A DNA stretch of 64,000 nt from a virus: the IMG/VR virus record IMGVR_UViG_3300028287_000410, positions 43,763 through 107,762 of that record; one strand, given 5' to 3'. Position numbers and translations under genes: made by a program. Shown piece by piece: positions 1 to 9,966 of this stretch. The notes below the pieces were generated by a model. The model did not search any database. It worked only from the letters and a program-made list of their open reading frames with translations, and was not told the DNA's origin. Numbering within the stretch: position 1 is the stretch's first letter; every line of letters begins with the position of its first letter.

Positions 1-1
1 A

Positions 2-472
2 GATCAATTAGCTAATCTCATTGAAGGGATTAAAAATGATCCTCAGGGACGTAGACATATTTTAAGTGCTTGGAATGTATCTGACTTAGATCAGATGGCT
101 CTGCCACCGTGTCATACTATGTCACAGTTTTATGTGAATAACGAAGGTGAACTAAGCTGTAGTCTATATCAACGTAGTGCAGACTTGTTCTTAGGTGTTC
201 CATTTAACATTGCAAGCTATGCTCTATTAACACATATGATTGCACACGTTTGCGGATTGAAAGTTGGGGATTACTATCACACTATTGGTGATGGTCACAT
301 CTATAATAATCACGTAGATGCAGTTAACGAACAACTAACACGTGAAGCTACGAAGTTTCCTAAACTAAAGATTATCGGTGAGCATAAATCTATTGATGAT
401 TTTACTATGGATAGTTTCGAGATTGTGGGTTACGATCCACTTCCATTCATTAAAGCGCCAATGGCAGTTTAA
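2..472 (+). CDS. thyA: Thymidylate synthase (ThyA), 5'-truncated by window edge
   Basis: Frame is open from nt 2 ([29 protein letters not shown]). It contains the ThyA motifs [26 protein letters not shown] and GDGHIYNNH, and ends IKAPMAV. Confidence 0.97.
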   Translation, partial: DQLANLIEGIKNDPQGRRHILSAWNVSDLDQMALPPCHTMSQFYVNNEGELSCSLYQRSADLFLGVPFNIASYALLTHMIAHVCGLKVGDYYHTIGDGHIYNNHVDAVNEQLTREATKFPKLKIIGEHKSIDDFTMDSFEIVGYDPLPFIKAPMAV

Positions 473-473
473 T

Positions 474-1529
474 TTATTCTACTAAGTTTAGACCGTCTAT
501 AACATCCCCATCAATGACCATATCAACCGGATGTTTTTCACCATAGAATTCATTCTGTTCCCAGCACTGGTCTTCTTCATTCCAATCAAACCAAGGGCTA
601 ACTGCTAATACGTAGTTAGTCCTTTTGTACCCTGGCATTGGCTTTGCTACATATGGGCGATGTGTCACATATGTATCCCAAACATACCAATTTCCGGGAG
701 TAAATGACTTTGTTCCATAATCTTCAATTTCAATACCATATGCATTCTCTGGATTATCAAGTGCTAAGTTTATACGAAGTTCGTAAAACCAGCTTTCATC
801 TCTGTGCCATAGGAATTTGTTTGCAGTCTCTTGTGTTGCTTTATCATCGATGCCTTTAATCTGAGCAATGCGACTACGCACAGGCGAAGACTTAATTCTA
901 TCCCTTAGTGTGCCTAAATATTCATGTCCAGAACATTCACTCCAATTTCTAAATCCCCATGTGTCTGGGTACGTATCTTTGTTGATACGTTCACCTACGT
1001 CTTTTCTATCTTCGTATGTATCTAAAAGTTCATTTAGTACAGTATCGTCAATTATACCATGTTGATGTAAATATCTAAACCCATGATGCATCCCAAACTC
1101 CTGGGTCTCACTCCACAAGTCTTTATCTAGACGTTTTTCCATAATCTTTTCAAATAATGAAAAGTTCTTCATAAACAGTTCATCTGGAATGTTATTTCTA
1201 GGATACCCTAATGTCTGTGCATTCTTTGGAATATTGTCATATCTATATGTAGGATTAGTCACCAAACTCAATCCACCATAGTTAGAACTTCTAGCAAATT
1301 TACCTTGATATATGTTTAGAAACCCATACCAACCATACTTTACGAATGCGTCTTCGATACTGTCTCTTAGTGTGTCCACATCTAATTTCGTATCTTCAAA
1401 TTCGAACAATACACCTTCTTTGCTTGGTTTCATTGTTTTAGCATATTTGTCAGTATCCAGAGTTTCTGCAATCCAGGCATGGACTGCTTTTCTATCTGGG
1501 CAATCTTTTATGTAAAATCTTTTCTTCAT
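474..1529 (-). CDS. Putative 2OG-Fe(II) oxygenase (Asp/Asn beta-hydroxylase-like cupin) with N-terminal extension
   Basis: C-terminal RSRIA...WHRDE (HxD)...RINLAL...WYVWDTYVTHRP (distal His)...RTNYVL fits a double-stranded beta-helix facial triad. Confidence 0.6.
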   Translation of the reverse strand: MKKRFYIKDCPDRKAVHAWIAETLDTDKYAKTMKPSKEGVLFEFEDTKLDVDTLRDSIEDAFVKYGWYGFLNIYQGKFARSSNYGGLSLVTNPTYRYDNIPKNAQTLGYPRNNIPDELFMKNFSLFEKIMEKRLDKDLWSETQEFGMHHGFRYLHQHGIIDDTVLNELLDTYEDRKDVGERINKDTYPDTWGFRNWSECSGHEYLGTLRDRIKSSPVRSRIAQIKGIDDKATQETANKFLWHRDESWFYELRINLALDNPENAYGIEIEDYGTKSFTPGNWYVWDTYVTHRPYVAKPMPGYKRTNYVLAVSPWFDWNEEDQCWEQNEFYGEKHPVDMVIDGDVIDGLNLVE

Positions 1530-2701
1530 TTTTTATAACTCACATCTCCGGGATAGATAGGAACCATTGCGCCGGGCGCACGTTTTGGAATTTTACTGTC
1601 AGCACTAGATACACAACTATCTGAAATACACACCTTAGGCGCATCGAATAGTTTAAACCCACTCTCAATATACCCTAAGGGCTCGTCAGAACAACTGTAA
1701 GAGCGTTTAATAGACCCATCAGGCTCACGTATAATAATACCCTTAAACCCGCTTGTACAATCCCAACCTTTAAACTTGTTAAAGTTAAACGCATTAAAGC
1801 GTTCTGCTTGGTCCATGTAGTACTTGTCACCTTTACTATCTTCGAACTCTACTTGCATGATAGGTGGGACATTCTTATCATCGCCATTAATCATATCCAT
1901 CTTCCACATGCTTCCTGTGCGTGGCTTTGGACGCATTGCTTTAATAGTATTCGCTTTTTCAATAGTATCAGTGTACGCACGTTGTGGCATACCATTCTGC
2001 ATCATCTTTAGTTGTTCGTCTGTGTATCCGTCTACAACACGTGATGCAGTAGGATCTGACTGTGGTTTTAGAGTAACATTGATTCCACGCTCATGAAAGT
2101 ACATTGCGTTATTCCAATCTCTATCAAACCAGTCTGGTACAAGTACCATATTGATTGTTACTTGCACATCATGTTCCATACAGAATAGAAGTTTGTCAGC
2201 AAATTCATCCATCTTTGCATATTCACTGTGATAAGATGCAGTAATACTTGCACGATGAAACTTTGCAACAATGTCACAATATTTCTGAAACCAATCCATC
2301 TTACGTGCCATATTTGTTGTCATATGAACAGAGGTATAATTAGTGTTATCGACATCATCAGCCAAATGCTGCAAAATATCCAAGTATCCTGGATGAAAAG
2401 TAGGCTCACCGCCAGACAAAGAAAAATGGAAACTATTAAAACTGTTATCACGTGCTTGCCTCTTAATTTCATCTATGGTCGCTAGACACAACTCTGTTGG
2501 TCTATGATCTTTTCTATCACTTCTGGCATAAGGCCAGCAGTACGAACACTTGTAGTTACAGAAACGTCCTAATAACCAAGACACTGAAAACAAATCCCTG
2601 TATAAAAGTGTTCGTTGACCTACCTTAACGATATCATCATACGGCGTTGCTGTAAAGTCGTATTGTGACCAGTAGTCTGCATCTTTTTCAATCTTATCCA
2701 T
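1526..2701 (-). CDS. Radical SAM protein with C-terminal Cys-rich (twitch/SPASM-like) domain
   Basis: CNYKCSYC and SGGEPT motifs; C-terminal GWDC..G...SYSC...C..SC. Paralog of 9967..10983. Confidence 0.92.
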   Translation of the reverse strand: MDKIEKDADYWSQYDFTATPYDDIVKVGQRTLLYRDLFSVSWLLGRFCNYKCSYCWPYARSDRKDHRPTELCLATIDEIKRQARDNSFNSFHFSLSGGEPTFHPGYLDILQHLADDVDNTNYTSVHMTTNMARKMDWFQKYCDIVAKFHRASITASYHSEYAKMDEFADKLLFCMEHDVQVTINMVLVPDWFDRDWNNAMYFHERGINVTLKPQSDPTASRVVDGYTDEQLKMMQNGMPQRAYTDTIEKANTIKAMRPKPRTGSMWKMDMINGDDKNVPPIMQVEFEDSKGDKYYMDQAERFNAFNFNKFKGWDCTSGFKGIIIREPDGSIKRSYSCSDEPLGYIESGFKLFDAPKVCISDSCVSSADSKIPKRAPGAMVPIYPGDVSYKK

Positions 2702-2703
2702 TA

Positions 2704-4131
2704 TTATACCTTGTATTTTTTCATCGCGTTATATAGTTCTGGCAACTGACGTTCCATATCTTCGTCGCGGATGTCATCTAACTTGCTGTTATATTCCCAA
2801 AACTTTTTATTGTTTTCTTCTGTGAACCAATCTTCTCCGTACATGAAATTAATATTCGTGTCTAACAGATTATCCATTTTCTTGATAGCCCACTCTGCAT
2901 TTGCAGGTTTTATCATTCCTATTACGTTTGGATTTTTCTTAACTAGACTATGAAAATCAATAGTGTGTACTATTTCTTCTTTAAATTCAGTCCTAAATGC
3001 TTCCCAACTATCACGTACTTCATCCTTTACATCTTTCGGTAGGAAACGAGTACTTAATTCATGTGGTTTGTGAATAGGGTGTACATTTGCAAAAGGTTTT
3101 AAGTTATTCTTCAGTATAGGAGAGATAACTGCAAAATCTTGTTCAATCTTCCATTTTAAAAACTCTGGCAAATGAAATGCATTTAGGGAACCGATAGTAA
3201 ATGCAATCCAGGCTCTAAAATTCATAGTCTGTGTGCCTACTTCATCTAGTTTCTTTAGATTTTTTTCTATTAGTTTTGACTTCAATGGGTTGCGTACATA
3301 TTCTAGTGTGTCTCCGATACCGTCCATAGAGATACCAAACTGTACTTGCTTAAAGTTAGTCCATAAGTCTAACGCACGTGGTTGGATATTTGTTAGGTTA
3401 GTATTATACTCAAGTGTCATTTCTTTTGCTTTACCTTGCTCTACACAATACTTTAAGAAATCATAATGTCTTTCAATAATAAGTGGTTCGCCGCCTACTA
3501 GATATACGTGTTGCATACCAGCTACGTTCTCTTCTAAGTTCTCCCAGAAGTGATCTTTGTGTACCCAATCGTAATCATCAGCGACATACTTTCCCTTCTT
3601 ATTCTTATACATTTCAACGACACCATGTGTGTCTTTGAATTTACTTGATCCCCACATTTTAACATAGTCATCATACCAAGCACTAGAATCCATCGGTGAA
3701 CACATACGACATTTTAAGTTACAAAAGTTACCTAATCGAATATCGTAATACGTTTGCTTAATATGCTCTAAGTCTATTGTACCATCTTCTTCTGTATGAG
3801 CTACCGCCTGATCCCAAGTAATGTGTTGTGCAAAACGTTCACCATCATTGATACGTCGAGATTTCATACCTGCTTTTTCTTCACGTACACAACGAATACA
3901 TTCCTTATGCCACTTACCTTCAAGCATAGTAGAACGAATTTCTTTTGCTAATGGAGAGTTAATCGCATCAGTGATTTGGTCATGATGCAAATTATAGTTT
4001 GTTCCGTCTTCTTTCTTGTAAATACCACGTGTCGGTCCTTGATTAGCATGACAACACACACGCAAATCTCCATTTGCACGTGTCGAAATGTTTATCCATG
4101 GTAGAATACAGAATGTATCACTCTTTTGCAT
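2704..4131 (-). CDS. Radical SAM protein with N-terminal twitch-like domain
   Basis: N-terminal FCILPW...RVCC...CIRC, then CNLKCRMC, GGEP, YNTN and SMDG. Confidence 0.93.
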   Translation of the reverse strand: MQKSDTFCILPWINISTRANGDLRVCCHANQGPTRGIYKKEDGTNYNLHHDQITDAINSPLAKEIRSTMLEGKWHKECIRCVREEKAGMKSRRINDGERFAQHITWDQAVAHTEEDGTIDLEHIKQTYYDIRLGNFCNLKCRMCSPMDSSAWYDDYVKMWGSSKFKDTHGVVEMYKNKKGKYVADDYDWVHKDHFWENLEENVAGMQHVYLVGGEPLIIERHYDFLKYCVEQGKAKEMTLEYNTNLTNIQPRALDLWTNFKQVQFGISMDGIGDTLEYVRNPLKSKLIEKNLKKLDEVGTQTMNFRAWIAFTIGSLNAFHLPEFLKWKIEQDFAVISPILKNNLKPFANVHPIHKPHELSTRFLPKDVKDEVRDSWEAFRTEFKEEIVHTIDFHSLVKKNPNVIGMIKPANAEWAIKKMDNLLDTNINFMYGEDWFTEENNKKFWEYNSKLDDIRDEDMERQLPELYNAMKKYKV

Positions 4132-5353
4132 ATTCGTTCATCTCCGTATCTTCAAAGTTCTCTTCGCCGTTGCCTCTGAAGTCTAATTCTTTACCACAAG
4201 TCTTACCGCAAATCCAAAGACGTTCATCTGAATTTGTTTCCCAGCTTGCTACTAAGTCATTTGCAAAATATGGGGTTTTGAGTATATCAAATAATGAATG
4301 TTTTGATAAATCATTGAAATCTTTGCCATATCGTTTCCACATATTCTTATTGTCTTCGATACGTCTTGGCGTTGCCATATCGTGTCCTATTTTACTATAG
4401 TAATGTCCCTGCCAACAGCAAGGCCATACTTTACCCTGATAATCGATAAAAATACTCTTATCTCTTTTAGTTTGACATGCTATTTCTGTAACCTTTACAT
4501 AATTATCAAACCCTTTGTGCTTTTTAATTACATCATCTACTTTATTAGTAGTATTAGATTTTGTTTTTGTAGGTTCTGCTAAAATAGTTGCAAGTGCTTT
4601 CTCTTTTTGTTCTGTTGTCTTACTTTCAATTTTCTTTTTGTTTTTTGCTACATGTTGTTTAGCAACAAATGTTAATTCTTTTTTAGTTTCAATAGCTTCG
4701 ACTTCTTCTCCCTCGTAATGTGTAGGGATAACATATCTATTTGATTTCTTATATCTAAACTTGACAAAGCCCATGTCTTCTGCTAGTTGTCTCGCTTCAT
4801 CTATCTGATGCTCATTGTGTGCAAAGCCTATGAAGTCCCAACGTGCAATGCCACCATTAGCAATGAATGCTTTTGCATTACGCATAATAATATTCCACTT
4901 AGAATTCACACGATACAAATGATTAGTGTCTTCTAGTCCATCGATAGCAAAGATAACCTTGTCTGGCTTTCGCATAATAGATGCAAGTTCAATCCACCAC
5001 GCTTCCGTCTGTGCAGAACCGTTTGTACTCAACGTAACTTGTGCTACTCCCATATCTTTGCACATCTTTACCACTTCTAGTAAATATGGATACATGATAG
5101 GATCACCGTAGTTCCCATTAATGAATACGTGATTAGGAAGAAACGGTTTCATGTCTTCCAATGCTTGTTGTATTACTCTAGGATCAGTATCAGTTAAGTC
5201 TAAATCATCACGCTTCTTTAGCTTTATGTTATCTCCATCCATGCCAGTTGTTCTTCCGCACATCGGGCACAGTAAGTTGCACCTAGAAGTAAGTTCTAAA
5301 TGCATCACACCTACATCAAATTTGATGTACTCTAAGTTCTCTGATTTCGCCAT
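4118..5353 (-). CDS. Radical SAM/SPASM-like protein
   Basis: HLELTSRCNLLCPMC, GNYGDP and STNG motifs; C-terminal C...GKVWPCCW...CGKTCG. Paralog of 10983..12071. Confidence 0.92.
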   Translation of the reverse strand: MAKSENLEYIKFDVGVMHLELTSRCNLLCPMCGRTTGMDGDNIKLKKRDDLDLTDTDPRVIQQALEDMKPFLPNHVFINGNYGDPIMYPYLLEVVKMCKDMGVAQVTLSTNGSAQTEAWWIELASIMRKPDKVIFAIDGLEDTNHLYRVNSKWNIIMRNAKAFIANGGIARWDFIGFAHNEHQIDEARQLAEDMGFVKFRYKKSNRYVIPTHYEGEEVEAIETKKELTFVAKQHVAKNKKKIESKTTEQKEKALATILAEPTKTKSNTTNKVDDVIKKHKGFDNYVKVTEIACQTKRDKSIFIDYQGKVWPCCWQGHYYSKIGHDMATPRRIEDNKNMWKRYGKDFNDLSKHSLFDILKTPYFANDLVASWETNSDERLWICGKTCGKELDFRGNGEENFEDTEMNEYAKE

Positions 5354-6927
5354 CTTAAAAATATTTCTTTAGGTAAGTTTCTGTATGCATGATTCAGTTC
5401 TTTAATTTGCATTCCTCTAGTAGGAGTGCCGTCCCAGTCAGCACTATGTAATCGAATTCTATTGTTTAATTTACTAACATCATTAACAAAACGTTTGTAT
5501 ACGTCCCGTCTTTCTTCATATGATTTAATCCACATTGTGTAACGTGTAGTTATATAGTTACTACTCCACATAACATCCTCAGTTGTATCATCTTGTGTAG
5601 TGTCGATCATTGGAAGTAAAGAACTCCAGTCAGTGATTAAGTTTGCTTGTGTATATGTTACTTTATTATCCCTTACTCTTTCAAAGAACTCATACCATTC
5701 TTCCATGCTGTTAAAGATACGCAAGATACTTGCTTCGTATGCTTCTTTAGCACGTTCACGTTCTGATGCCCAGTCCTCAGACATATAATCGAAATCTTCA
5801 TATATAGAGATTAACCCTATATCTTTATTATAATAGTTTTCTTTCAAAAAGTCAAGATACATATTAAAGTTTCTTGGATCCCATTCTTCATGGACCCACT
5901 TGCGTACATCTAATGCATTTTGTGAAATGTCAAAGTAATTAATATTAACTGCGTCTATGTCTGTATCAGCATGCCAGTTTCTTAGAAAAGCAAATGTTTT
6001 AAATCCTGCTGCAACTGAATACACGTTACGCAACGGCTTTTTGTTAGGTACCATTTGAATATCGTTTACACTTTCTGTATTTAATATCCACATGGCATGA
6101 GGAGAACGTTCAACTGTAAATTGCTGATAACGTAGGAATGCAGATTTAGAATCGCCCAAGTCTGACTCCCAATGTTTAAAGTCAGCACATCCTTCTTTAA
6201 AGAATTGTTTAAACTCAGTTTGTTCTTCTTTAATTTCTGGATATAAGTATGTCTTTGTAGCTCTTACATCTTCATCAAAGTTTCCTATAGCAATGCCATT
6301 CTCTAGACTAGTGTTTATAAAGTTCCACCCAAATCCAGTACGAGTAATTTTTTCATAAGCTGGTCCGGGTGCAATATACTTAGGAGTATGCTCATCGTGA
6401 AAGTTCTCTATACTACGAAGTGCTTGTCTTACTTCTGTAGGACGAACACTAAAATCACCGAATGCAGGCTCTCCTAGTTCTTTCCATAATTTATAATTGA
6501 TTATAAAACATTGCTCATGAAATCTGAACCATCTATCTTTATGACGTTCATCAAGTATATGTCCCAATATTAGGAATTCATTATTCTGTGCCTTAGGTAA
6601 GTATTCGTGATTGCAGTATTCTCTGAATAAACTATATCCGTGTTCTAGTGGCTTCCAAGCATCATAAAATATATTACCGTATGCTTGAACTACAACCATA
6701 TCAATATCAGATTCTTTATCATCTGTTTTCATTGCTTGTAAAATTTTATCTACACTGTCTTCTTCGTAAATAGTATGCTTAAAAAAACTATAATTATTTC
6801 GCAAGAAATTATAAGTGATTGCTTTCATGTAATCACTAATTTCAGTATCACCTATTGTTTTAGATGTATCTAATACAGCACATCTAATCTGTGGATAAAA
6901 GTTATATGATCTTTGTTGCTTCTTCAT
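5332..6927 (-). CDS. Hypothetical 531-aa enzyme; possible GT-like N-domain fused to a Rossmann/methyltransferase-like C-domain
   Basis: Long coupled ORF. N-half has GHILD...HEQCFIINYKLW; C-half has YSVAAGFK...YFDIS, a glycine loop plus acidic residue after strand 2. The CDS is secure but the function is weakly supported. Confidence 0.45.
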   Translation of the reverse strand: MKKQQRSYNFYPQIRCAVLDTSKTIGDTEISDYMKAITYNFLRNNYSFFKHTIYEEDSVDKILQAMKTDDKESDIDMVVVQAYGNIFYDAWKPLEHGYSLFREYCNHEYLPKAQNNEFLILGHILDERHKDRWFRFHEQCFIINYKLWKELGEPAFGDFSVRPTEVRQALRSIENFHDEHTPKYIAPGPAYEKITRTGFGWNFINTSLENGIAIGNFDEDVRATKTYLYPEIKEEQTEFKQFFKEGCADFKHWESDLGDSKSAFLRYQQFTVERSPHAMWILNTESVNDIQMVPNKKPLRNVYSVAAGFKTFAFLRNWHADTDIDAVNINYFDISQNALDVRKWVHEEWDPRNFNMYLDFLKENYYNKDIGLISIYEDFDYMSEDWASERERAKEAYEASILRIFNSMEEWYEFFERVRDNKVTYTQANLITDWSSLLPMIDTTQDDTTEDVMWSSNYITTRYTMWIKSYEERRDVYKRFVNDVSKLNNRIRLHSADWDGTPTRGMQIKELNHAYRNLPKEIFLRWRNQRT

Positions 6928-7724
6928 TTTGTTGTTTTAGCCCAACTCTTTAAAATTAAATCTTCAAAATCTGATCCACCATATTGTCCATGAACAATCA
7001 TATGCACACGAACTTCATCAGTATCATTCATTACTGCATGACGATGACCTACATTCATCTTAAACATATTACCTGGCTTCCACGGAACATACGCATTGTC
7101 ATCAATCATTTTAAAATGACAATTTTCTGGATTGTTCAACGATATATTTAGTGGTCCTAATTTGTTGTGTTCATAATCTGTATGTGGTGTTATATAACCT
7201 CCCGGCTCTAAGTACATGTAACGAACTCTATCGAATGCTCTGTAACCCGGAATAGATTTAATCATCTTAACAGTCTCTGGACATTTATCTGCAATTTCAG
7301 TCCAATGATATGCTGCTCTTGCTTCACGTTCATCTGCATACACAAAGCCTGCTGCGGCAACATCTTTACTATCCCAATGTTGAGATACATGCTTACCTAA
7401 CCCATGTAGTGTCAGGGAGCGCCATCCTCTGTGTCCATAGTCATCGGGGTTGTTCTCATCATAATCGTTCTTTCTATGTTGAATTGCTTCATCGTAAACT
7501 GCCATTGCTTCATTATAACATGCATTCCAATCAAACTCAGGGACATCTAATTTTAACCATGGGATACCTGACTCGTGTGTAACCCATTTTGCTTGTCTGA
7601 AACGTGCTGATGGTGGGAATCTAGGCTCATTCATCATAGCATCTACAAATGTACCTGGCATCGTATCAAAGCTATAACTATTTCTATCTTTAAAATGTTC
7701 TTCTATTGTTTTTGGGTATTCCAT
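6924..7724 (-). CDS. Aspartyl/asparaginyl beta-hydroxylase-like 2OG-Fe(II) oxygenase
   Basis: WRSLTLHG...RVRYMYLEPGGYITPHTD (HxD)...HAVMNDTDEVRVHMIVHG. Start moved to the ATG at 7724, which overlaps the upstream stop (TAATG). Confidence 0.85.
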   Translation of the reverse strand: MEYPKTIEEHFKDRNSYSFDTMPGTFVDAMMNEPRFPPSARFRQAKWVTHESGIPWLKLDVPEFDWNACYNEAMAVYDEAIQHRKNDYDENNPDDYGHRGWRSLTLHGLGKHVSQHWDSKDVAAAGFVYADEREARAAYHWTEIADKCPETVKMIKSIPGYRAFDRVRYMYLEPGGYITPHTDYEHNKLGPLNISLNNPENCHFKMIDDNAYVPWKPGNMFKMNVGHRHAVMNDTDEVRVHMIVHGQYGGSDFEDLILKSWAKTTK

Positions 7725-8380
7725 TATACCAATCTCCCGAATGCCCATTTACGTTCTTCGCACCACCAACATTTACCACAATGTCCAGTGACTGGGTCTT
7801 CTATGTTTTCAAAATAATTACTAGTAGGATCATATTCACAACTTCTAGTAATCGGATAAAGTTCTTCAAGTAAATTTGCTTCTTTATACATTTCTGCAAT
7901 TTTTAGTTTATCGGAATTAAACCATGGCGTGTAAAATGTATTATTATGATGCATATATGGATTGTTGCCTGGTGTTCTGTTTGTTTCTGTAACTGGCAAT
8001 CCAAATGTATCTGTGACTTCTTTTGGAGGGTTTGATGTTATACCAGTATATATAATTCCTGTTGTGTTACTATCTAAGTATACCTGCAATTTAGGAAATA
8101 ATTCTTCACGTGTTTGTATTTCACAGTAACTAATATGATGTTCAATATTACTATTACTAGTTAACTGAATAATTTTCTCTACTACATTTACTGCCGCTTG
8201 AACATTATATCTTGATCTCTGATTATTACCAGTAGTAAAGATATGTATTGTATCTTCTTTTTCTCGCATTAAATGATAAAGCAAAATAGAACTATCTGCT
8301 CCGCCGCTACAACTCACTCCGATCGGACCAGAGTGAATATCTAAGTTTACACCAGCTGGAGAAATAGAGTAATTAATCAT
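7724..8380 (-). CDS. QueC-like PP-loop ATPase (7-cyano-7-deazaguanine synthase family-like)
   Basis: SCSGGADSS PP-loop; C-terminal TRSC...HCGKCWWCEERKWAF Zn-binding motif typical of QueC. Confidence 0.75.
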   Translation of the reverse strand: MINYSISPAGVNLDIHSGPIGVSCSGGADSSILLYHLMREKEDTIHIFTTGNNQRSRYNVQAAVNVVEKIIQLTSNSNIEHHISYCEIQTREELFPKLQVYLDSNTTGIIYTGITSNPPKEVTDTFGLPVTETNRTPGNNPYMHHNNTFYTPWFNSDKLKIAEMYKEANLLEELYPITRSCEYDPTSNYFENIEDPVTGHCGKCWWCEERKWAFGRLV

Positions 8381-9935
8381 CAGTATCCAACTCCTGCTGA
8401 TTAACGTGAAATCCGTTATCTTCTAGTTCTTTTAATAGTCTGTCATCAAACTCACCATCCCAGTCATCGCCTGCTTCTGGAGTCCAATCTAGTAATGGTG
8501 CCATCTCAGGGAATACATCTCTGAAGTTTGTATCTCTGATAGCATCCATCTTTTCAATATATTCGATAAATTCTGGCATACGTTCACGTGACCAGTCGCC
8601 GCTTGTCATAAATGATATCATACCGCGTAGACGCTTCACACCATAAGCAGCATGTAACCACTCATCTTTTCTTACTTGTGATTCAGTTACACCATCGCAT
8701 TTTTCCCAGTTCTCTTCTAACCATTCGATAAATGTATCGAACTTAGCCGCACACATTTGCTTGAACCAGTTAGGAAGAACTTTGACGTTTAGATGTGGTG
8801 GGTGATAAACAAAGTGATAGTTAATCATGCCTGCGCCCAAAGGCCATAAGTTAATTTTCTTAAAGTTTTGTTCAATTTTCCACTTGACAAAATCAGGAAG
8901 ATAGTATATGTTTAGTGCTTGTACAGCACAGGCTACTGTAACTTCTACGTTAGGACCTGTATTGTCTAGCACATGAAACATATCTACAGTATGTTGCCAA
9001 GTTGATGGGAAACGAATGTAATCATTCATCTCGCCGATTGAATCAACTGAATAATGAAAACGTACACGCTTGAATAGTTTCCATAAGTCGAACAAACGCT
9101 GTGGCATCTCTAAGCCATTGGAGTTATAGCGTAGTTCGATCTGTGGAGCGTATCCTCTACGAACAACTTCTTCAAGTAGAGTGTAATGCTCTTCAATAAT
9201 TGTTGCTTCACCACCAGCAAAGTATAGTTGCTTCATGTGTGGGATTTGCTCATACAATTGTTCCCAGAATGCTTCATTCTTTTTATGCCAGTTGTAACTC
9301 GCGCCATCAATCTGACCTTTGTTGCCCCACTGCATTGTTTCTTTCAGTGATTCGTTTTCAATAGTTGGATGTAATTTAAGCCAATCTTTAACCCACATTG
9401 AACTATCGTGCGGTGAACACATAATACATTTCAAGTTACATTTTGAACCAAGACGTAAATCTAAGTATCTGATCTTCGGAGGGATTTCACCTTCGTCAGA
9501 TGTCTCATCGATGATTTGTTCCATATCTACTCGGCGTGACCAGTACTCAGTTTCCCAAAAACGCTTAGACATATGACCAGCATCTTCTTCGTTGTAGCAT
9601 TTAATACACGACGGCGGTTTTTTATTATTAAGCATCTGCTTTCGAACATTTTTCATGTAATCATTATTCCATGATGACATTAAATCTGTATGGTTCAAGT
9701 TTGCAGGTTTACCATCTGCATTCTTTAGAACTCCTACTTCACCGCCATGTTCTTTATCATTCGTTGGTCCAACAGAACTCGCATTCGCTGTACAACAAAC
9801 TCGCATATGCCCATTTGGACGAGTAGACAAGTGTACCCATGGTAGTAAACAAAATGTATCGCTAGGTGCGTATGGCACTCGCTTACGAAACTCTGCTAAA
9901 TTCTTATTAAGTTCTTCTGATTTGTTGTCGGACAT
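8373..9935 (-). CDS. Radical SAM protein with N-terminal twitch-like domain
   Basis: FCLLPW...RVCC...CIKC, then CNLKCIMC and AGGEA. Likely start is the ATG at 9935 (MSDNK), with a GGAG RBS at 9941-9944. Confidence 0.93.
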   Translation of the reverse strand: MSDNKSEELNKNLAEFRKRVPYAPSDTFCLLPWVHLSTRPNGHMRVCCTANASSVGPTNDKEHGGEVGVLKNADGKPANLNHTDLMSSWNNDYMKNVRKQMLNNKKPPSCIKCYNEEDAGHMSKRFWETEYWSRRVDMEQIIDETSDEGEIPPKIRYLDLRLGSKCNLKCIMCSPHDSSMWVKDWLKLHPTIENESLKETMQWGNKGQIDGASYNWHKKNEAFWEQLYEQIPHMKQLYFAGGEATIIEEHYTLLEEVVRRGYAPQIELRYNSNGLEMPQRLFDLWKLFKRVRFHYSVDSIGEMNDYIRFPSTWQHTVDMFHVLDNTGPNVEVTVACAVQALNIYYLPDFVKWKIEQNFKKINLWPLGAGMINYHFVYHPPHLNVKVLPNWFKQMCAAKFDTFIEWLEENWEKCDGVTESQVRKDEWLHAAYGVKRLRGMISFMTSGDWSRERMPEFIEYIEKMDAIRDTNFRDVFPEMAPLLDWTPEAGDDWDGEFDDRLLKELEDNGFHVNQQELDTDD

Positions 9936-9966
9936 ATTAACTCCAATACTTTGATTATGTACGTAT

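Noticed and set aside
2-472. thyA as a base-modifying hydroxymethylase
   Set aside because: The visible C-terminal part is canonical ThyA, including PFNIASY with the dUMP-specifying Asn, and it is on the opposite strand from the cluster.
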